Source of the DNA: Paramecium tetraurelia
Taxonomy: Eukaryota
Direction: 5' to 3'
DNA length: 64,000 nt
Assembly (NCBI GenBank): GCA_000165425.1
Contig: CT868640.1
Coordinates: 5,142-69,141 of the forward strand
The position numbers were made by a program, and so were the translations under genes. Within the stretch, counting starts at the first letter, position 1. Each line of letters begins with the position of its first letter. Below the pieces are notes generated by a model. The model was not told the DNA's origin. It ran no database searches and saw only the letters and a list, made by a program, of their open reading frames with translations. Shown in pieces: positions 55,918 through 64,000 of the stretch.

Positions 55918-56474
55918 TATCGATAATTCAAAAAAAAATATTTTACAATTTTTTCTTTATTATGCCTATTCTAATGCTCTTTTTGATCTTAATCTTTTGA
56001 TTTCTTTCTTTTATCCTTTTCTATTTGCCAAAGGAATCAATTAATTGTAATTTCCGCTATATTAATGAAAAATCTGATTTTCAGTATTTACATATTAACA
56101 AATTAAGAACTAGAATAACCATAATTTTACTCTAAATTTAAGATTGTATTACATATTAAATATTAGAAAGATAGATTGAAAAATGAGCATTAATTATTAT
56201 GTATTAGGTCTATAATAATAAACATTTAGGTCTAATTGTTCTTTAGAATTGGTTACAGAATTCCCTTTAAGAATTTGAGCCAAGAAATATATATGATGTA
56301 TATATTTACGAATTTATTTCTTACTGCCATTTCAATTTGAATTATTGAAAATTTCTTATTCAAATTATATAAAATGAGATCAGGCATATTAATTTATTTA
56401 ATTATGTGGTAAATCATTAATTAATTAAGAAAGCAAATTTTTTTTAATATTACTCTTAATAACCATCAACAACA

Positions 56475-56820
56475 ATGGATCAAGTGAAGAAAAATCCAAT
56501 CGACCCTAAAGACAAAGTATTTTAATTAAGAGGTTCTGCAAAACCAAGAACATCATTCTTCGTTTCCAAGATCTTTTTGAAGAAATTTGATGAAGTAGAA
56601 ATTCATGCTCTTGGAGATGCCATATCAGGAGCTGTCAGATGTGCTGAAACTCTTTAGAGATAGGGTAATCACATTTCTTATCATTTTAGGTCTTGCTACA
56701 ATCCAAAAAATTGAAACCTTAACATAGACATTAGAAAGAGGATAAAAGGTCAAAATTATAGTATCCCTCAGAGTTACACCAGATGGAAAGAGAAGAATTA
56801 ATGAAGAAATCAAATAATGA
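56475..56820 (+). CDS. Alba-domain DNA/RNA-binding protein
   Basis: KIFLKKFDEVEIHALGDAISGAVRCAETLQRQ/GLATIQKIETLT...KVKIIVSL. One 25-nt intron. Confidence 0.88.
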
Positions 56821-57600
56821 GTTTGATTTTCATTAAAATATTAAAAAAAAATACATATCAAATATTCATCATATATATATTAACAAACCATTTCTCTTAT
56901 TATATTTACTTATTATACTTGTCATAATATGAGTGATAATCTTGAATGAGAAATTAAAATATTAATAGAAGCAATGCGATTAGAATTATGGTTGAAAATG
57001 TAGAAGGAAACATTTCAATAATTTATATAAATGTTGGTAATAATAATGTGAAAAGCCATTTAAAGAGTATCTTTAGAAAGCTTAAAAAATTAATAAATAA
57101 ACTTATTTAAGAAAATAAAATAATTAAATTTTTCTAATTTAATGCTGAAATAACATAAGGATTTTAATAAAAATATTCTTGATTTTATAATCACAAGATA
57201 CTTGTCTTTCTTTTTTGAATCTGCTAAAATAATTAAATCTAAAAATGCGTGAACATTATAATGAATGATTTTATTATTAATATTATCTAGATACCTCGTT
57301 TAATTTAATCCTCTTCAAATCATTTTCTAGTATTGGTGATATATTAAACATAAATCCAAAAATCTTCCAATTTAATACTAAATCTAAATTATTATTATAT
57401 TGTGAACTAGGATTCATTCAAATTATTCTTTTGAAAATTCCTTCTAATTTTTCTTCATTTTCATTTGATATTTTGGAGTTTGATTAAGTGCACTGGCAAT
57501 GTATTAAAAATAGAATAGAGTATTTAAAAATTTCTTTCAATGAAAACAATTAAAACTATGAGAGCAATAATAATTAAATTAATAGATTATTCATATTGTT

Positions 57601-60600
57601 ATGATAAATCAAATGTTTCCTTAATAGATTTTGATTTAGTTACCTCAACATCAAATGGAGATTGTAGTCTAAGTTAAAATAGGATCTGGAACTCAAGGTA
57701 GTGTATATTAAGGTTTTATCAAAACACTTAATCAACAAGTGGCTATAAAAGTATTGAAGGAATTAAATCCAAGAGAAGAGAAAATATTATAATCAATTAA
57801 GCAGCATAAACCAAAACATATCATAAGAATTTATGCTATTGAAAAACTAAAGAATCAAGTTTATATCGTAATGGAATTGGCAGAGATGGATTTTTTTAAG
57901 TTTATGAATACAAATCAATTTAGCACATATGATATAGACGAAAAAAGCGAATTATTTTTATAAGTACATAAACACATAATTATAGATGGTTCAAGGTGTT
58001 TAAGAATTTCATTAAATAGGCTACTTTCATAGAGATTTAAAACCAGAAAACTTTGTTTGCTGTCGTGATATAAGATAGAATTTAACTATTAAATTAATAG
58101 ATTTTGGCTGCTCCAAAGAATAATCAGATATTGGGAGACAAACATTATAAGTTGGAACTCCTTATTATATGGCAAGAGATGTTCTTAATTCTACCAACTA
58201 TACAAAAGAGATTGATATTTGGGCTATGGGAGCTATCTGGTATGAAATGATCACATTATAAACCTTTTTTTAAGGTAACGTATTGATTTACCTTAGGTAT
58301 TAATGAAAGAAATATCTATTACTAAATCTCCACAATTTAGACTGATTAAATAGATTAAAAAATTGATAAACTTGATAAATGCTAGGTAGAATTTAGGGAA
58401 ATTATGAAATAAATGATTTGCATAGATCATCAAAAAAGAATTTAGTTGGACGATGCAATTGAAAAAATAACTCAAACTCTCTAAAAAATAAAATTCTAAA
58501 AAATGGAAGCCAAAATAAAAATACAGTTAGAAAAAGAATTTTAAGAAAAGGAGCAGCAAATCATTTATCAGAATTAAATGAAATATGAAAATCTTTATCG
58601 ACAAAAGAAACTAGATGACGAAAATTAATGTAAACAACTAATGGAATAACATCAACATTTATACGAATAGAAAATAATTGAAAAGGAAAATGAATTAAGA
58701 AAAATTCTAGAATAAAAACAATAAGCATCAGATTAGAATCAGAAAAATTATGAAGTTTAAAAATTAGAATAAACATTATAATTTTAATCTTAACTGAATT
58801 CATATAAACTTGAAATTGAACAGAAATATTAATAAGAAATGAAATAAGAAATGTAATTACTGTAAAATAAGTCAAAAGAAAGTTTACTTTATATTAAATA
58901 AAAGGAGGATGAAGAAAATAAGAAATTAATAAACGAAGAATTCTAGAAATAATACTAATTAGAATTAAGTAAGAAATAGTAAGAGTATTAAATACAATTT
59001 TAAAATTAGTACATATAGGAAGAACTTAACAGTAAGAAAAAATAATTAAATTATTTTATTAATTTATTATAGAATGCGATTTAAAATCATATATCATCTG
59101 TGAATTAATAAAGGTCAGAAATAGATAGTTATGAATTTAATAATTCAGATAAATAATATATCATAAATTAAATATAGAATTTTATAAGCTAAAAGTAGAA
59201 TCAATTATATTAAATAAGTGAGCATATCAGTAATTTAGATATAAAGAATGAGTATTAATAACTTTAATTTCTGATAGAACTTGAATCCAAATATAAAAAT
59301 GAATTTTAAATACATATTTAGGAAAATCAAATGATTCAATAACAAATTTAATCTTTTCTGATTTCGTTTGTTAAAGATTAGTAAAAAAACATTTTATTGG
59401 AAAAGTAGGAGAAAGAAGAAAAAGAAATTCAATAAGAAATGAACGATTAAGTCGCAAAATATTAAAACCTCGATAAGAAATTCGATGAATAATAAATGGA
59501 AATTCATAACATTCAAGTAATATGTGAAAAATTATCAATTTTTAATTACACTGTAACTAATTAATTCAAATAATTAAAGTTTCATGCAGATACTATTGCT
59601 GCATCGGTTAATTAACTTAGAATATACTATTCCTCAAAAGAAAATAAAGTTTCTAGAGATTTAATCAACTATTTACAAATTTAAAAGTTACAAATTGACA
59701 AATCAATAGATAAGCTGTAAGATGATATTTTATAAATGAAAAATAATCTTTCAATTTAAGAAGAGGAGTTAAAATACGAAATGAAAAATGATATGTAAAA
59801 AATTTAAGATCAAACAAAAAATATAGAATTCAAAATTCAGTATAAAAAAAAAGTAAATGATGAATAAAATGAAAATAATTTAAATTTATTATAATAGAGA
59901 TTATTCAATATTAGATAACTAATTAATTAATTAAATACGATTAGTTAAACTGATATTCCTTATTCAAATATAAAAGAATACATGGAAATTAAATCAAAAT
60001 ATGTAGAGGAGGAGAAAAATTTTACAGATTTATCAAATAAGTTAGAAGAATAACAATAGAGATAAAAATAGATCAAGATAATCAAAACAAAATAATCAAT
60101 CTTAAATATGCAAATAAAATTGAAATCAAATCAATTTTAGGAATCAATTTATGATCTTAAAAATTAATTAAGTTAAATGGAATAAAATTGTAAATAAATC
60201 GATAATACTTAAATTAAAAATGATCTAGAAAAAAAGTAAACTGAATTAAATAATTTAAAAGGATTAGCTAAATAAAAATACGATTAAATAATATAAAAAA
60301 CAGAATAAGACATGGTTTTTTACTAAACCATTGAATCTCTATAAGAAGAGGCAAATAGTATTTAGATAGAATTAGAAAATAAGAAAAATGAATAAAGCAA
60401 CCAAATTGCACAGTTGCAGGATTTATTTTAACAGATTCTAAAATAATGCCAATCTGAAATAAATATACAATTTTAGAATATCAAAGATGAGTTGTAATAA
60501 TTGAGTTAAGATTTTAATCAAAAATAAATAGTTTTTATGAATTTTGATATTTAAAATTACAATTATTAGCATATAATTGAAAAACACTAATTAAAGCAAG

Positions 60601-61493
60601 ACGAGTTTCAAGAATTAATGAATAATAAGATGAAAAATTCTTATAAAATATTAAAATAAAATATGGAATTAATTAAAAATAGATAGAATGTTAAAAAGCA
60701 TGAAAAATTTAAAAAAATTGAAACTGAAATTTATAAGAAAAGTGAAGAAAATTTTCAACATCTGGATAAATAAATTAAAGAGATTGAGTCATTCTATTAA
60801 AAAGTAGAATTTTTCGATTTAGAAAGTGAAAATGAAAAATAAAAAGATTGGAATTTAAAATAAATATCAATAATTGAAATGAATAAAAGATTTTGTGGGC
60901 TTCGTGGGTAGATTTAAGGGATGCAAAAATCTTATTAAGAAGAAATAACCACTTTACAAATGGAATTTAAAGAACTGAAAGAATAAGTTTGCTTTCTAAC
61001 TAAAGAAATTCCTTCAAACGATTAAATTAAAGAATTTCAAGAAAGGTTTCACAATAATGATTAATCATTTCTAATCCTTATTTTTCTTACCATTCTGATC
61101 AAAGCTTTTGTTCTTAAAAAATATGTGATTAGACTATAAGATTTCAAAGAAAAATAAAATAAAATTAACATTTAAGCTAAACCAGTACATATAGATTTTA
61201 GAGAAAAATTAACAAATTTGATAGAAGCTAATTAAATAATATAAAAATATGAATCATTTCTAAAATGCAAAAGAACAGTTGTCTTGAGGGAAGAACTGAT
61301 TGAAGATGAAAAGAAAATTGAGAAATAGATTTAAGAGATATATAACTATGTAAAGACTGTAAACACTGTTAAATTAAGAAGATATATCAAGAATTAATAA
61401 GTAATTAAAACTATAACTGACAATTATTTCGAAAATTTAGAACATTGTAAACTAGAGATATTTAATAAATTGAAGCATCCAAAAAACACTTGA
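57601..61493 (+). CDS. Ser/Thr protein kinase with ~1000-aa coiled-coil C-terminus
   Basis: [37 protein letters not shown] and DIWAMG. Two tiny introns, then a long Q/E/K-rich frame to TGA at 61491-61493. Confidence 0.88.
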
Positions 61494-61929
61494 TTTATCA
61501 TAAATATTGTTATCAACTTATTATGAAATTATAGTGCCTCATATATTAAAAAACCGATTTTTAAATACTTATAAAAATTCGATAATTTAATAATTGGTAA
61601 ATCTACATATTTTTTTGAAATTTCAAATTTCTTAATGTAAAATGATTGCATCATTATTCGTTCTGTAAATCCAAACCCAACATAATTCTTCTGTGCATTT
61701 TGTTATTTATATATGGAATGGGTTAAATTCTATATATTATACATTCAATAGTATTGATGCCTTTTAAATCAAATTTTCTTTTTGGAAATCAATTATTATG
61801 TTAATTTATATTTCACTTATGCTCTAAGATTGAGGATGAGTAAAAATTTAATATCGAATGAGAAATTTTAATTAAATTATTATAAAGCAATTTGAGAAAT
61901 TCAAACATTTGTAGATATTTAAATAAATT

Positions 61930-62705
61930 ATGTTAAAATCTTAGTAATGTAGCTAGGTAGCAGATTATAGTAAGTTAATGAAAAGATGGTCCCCAGAGAG
62001 TTCTGCAACAATAAAAAAGCAAATTTAAAAGAGATTAGAGAAACGATAGACAATTCGAGAACTTTACAAATAAAAGTCATGGAAAACATTAGTCAAGGTT
62101 GCCTCATAAACTAAAGGTTTATATGAGGAATATGATACAATTAAGGTCTAGGGATAGGTTATATGTGTTGGAGATTCAGTTTAAATTAATAGTGGAGATC
62201 AACATGATGAGGATTATGTTGGAACCATAAAATAAATTATATCAATAAAAGAGCCAACAACGGCGAAGTTAATATGTTTGTGTAGAATTTAATGGTATAT
62301 GAGAAAAAGTGAGATCATTAAATCTTAGCCTAAATGTTCTGAATGGATTTCTGAACAAGAATTATTTATAACTAATCATTAAGAGTATATTTTGGCCTAG
62401 AGTATAATAACTAACTGCAAAATATTGAGTTGCAGTGAATATCAGGAGTTGGATGAAATAGATTCCACTATTTATTTTAACAGATTAGAATGGGATCTTT
62501 AGAAAAAATAATTTGGTAATATGGATGCAATATAGTAATATTGTTTATGCTTTCAACCGGTGAATCCCGATAGGCAATATATTCAAGTATATCATAATTT
62601 CATATTAAGTGTGATTCATGTAAAAATTGGTACCATTTTGAATGTGTTGGTATAAAAAATGGCACCTATGATAAAAATGAATTCAATTGCAGGAATTGTT
62701 AATGA
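61930..62705 (+). CDS. BAH + PHD chromatin reader (EBS/SHL-like architecture)
   Basis: BAH ICVGDSVQI...DYVGTI...IQWYMRKSE...EQELFIT. PHD YCLCFQPVNPDRQYIQ/CDSCKNWYHFECVGI...FNCRNC. One intron. Confidence 0.9.
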
Positions 62706-62788
62706 TTCAATTATTTGTATTTTTAATATACTGTAATATATTAGTTTTTATTATTCAAACAATTATAGCAATTTAAATTGGCGAATAG

Positions 62789-64000
62789 ATGTAAACTTCA
62801 TTCAAATTTCGAGCTCCATGCAATTTATAATAATTCCAATAAGAAATCATTGTAGAAAACGAAGTATTTTTTCTGTATTTACAACAGATCCCAGAATTAG
62901 ACACATTCGAAGAGTTTTGTAGCAATATTCCTGATTAGGATAATCAAGACATAAACTTCTCTAAACAATCACATACACACAACTCATAATTAATTCGCAT
63001 TGATTGCTAATAAACACATGAATCAAAATCATCGGAATTGTAACAATCAATTGATTCACGGGATTAAAAGAGCAAATCAAAAATAAAAAGTGTGCAGAGT
63101 CAAGACAATGAACAAATAGCATATATGCAATTTGTAGAATTCAATCCTCATAGCATAATATCGGAATCAATTAATTAGAGGACAGATACATAATAGAGTT
63201 AGAAAGATACAATGGCAGAGCCACCTGCTCCATAAAATAAAAATACAACTAAATTCTGCTTTCCATCTAAAGGAAGTGGGTTGAATAATTGTAATGAATC
63301 AATTTATTTAATATAGTAAAGAAATAACTTTGTGTCAACTAAGATATTTAGAATAACAATAGAAATCAAAGCAATTCAGAATAAACTGTCTTAAAAAACC
63401 AGTCTTTGTCTGAAAATAAAAATAATATCGAAGAGGATTTAAGAAAATAAATCACTTAGCTTTGCAAAGAAAAAACTTAAATATAATAACAATATTAATC
63501 ATAAATAAAACAGTTATTGGAGTAAAATTAATTTTTGGAATAATAACTAATTTAATAAAAATAACAAACATAAACGTTGAATTAGGATAAACAAATTTTA
63601 TATTAAAAAATTACCATCTTATAAAAAAAATAAGGTTTAGATAAAAATACAATAATTGAAAATTGTAATTTACCAGAATCTGTACCAAGTAAATTGGCAA
63701 ATAATCAGAAGATTTAATATTTAATTGAGAAATTAAACTAGAAATGTCAAGAGAATGCTCGACTTCAATATGAAATTATATTGCTATAAAATAATGTACA
63801 TTTCATTATTTAGATTTTAGATTGAATTATTAGAAACCTCCAAGGTTTTGTAATTGGCAAATAATAATATCTTCTCCCTGGATCCAGGCAAAACTAATAA
63901 CCAAAATCATTCTCCTTAACCATAATCATAGAATAGAGCATAATCATTGAGTAAGGATAGCAGAACAAGCTTGTTGACATAATAGAAATAACCACTAAAT
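62789..64000 (+). CDS. Hypothetical Gln-rich coiled-coil protein (runs off window)
   Basis: MQTSFKFRAPCNLQQFQQEIIVENEVFFLYLQQIPELDTFEEF... Probable introns near 63290 and 63796. No stop before the window end. Confidence 0.6.

Overview
This is AT-rich ciliate DNA, most consistent with a Paramecium (tetraurelia-like) macronuclear scaffold. TAA and TAG read as Gln and TGA is the only stop. Introns are tiny (about 21-30 nt, GT..AG) and intergenic spacers are very short, so the supplied standard-code ORF track is fragmentary; I re-read genes by hand in the ciliate code. About 28 gene models are supported. The first ~17 kb resembles an accessory or decaying zone: a Zn-finger/pentapeptide/WD40 repeat gene, a damaged ankyrin-PH-AGC kinase, a gene relic, an H-type-lectin-like protein and lineage-specific ORFs. 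The rest is densely packed: two auxin-efflux-carrier (AEC/PILS-like) transporters, a permuted papain-like amidase, IFT88, WASHC4, SEC24, NDUFA5, a cNMP-domain K+ channel, a MYND-Aurora-like kinase, a TauE/SafE permease, DBP8/DDX49, SURF2, a pseudokinase, an XRCC1-like BRCT protein, a CCT-domain protein, two further kinases, Alba and a BAH-PHD reader. There are three assembly gaps. I found no rRNA, tRNA, CRISPR array or transposon. I cannot demonstrate a wholly new system. The best candidate is the WD40 gene, whose repeats are homogenised yet hypervariable at surface positions, reminiscent of fungal non-self receptors. All coordinates and family calls are by eye, with no database searches.
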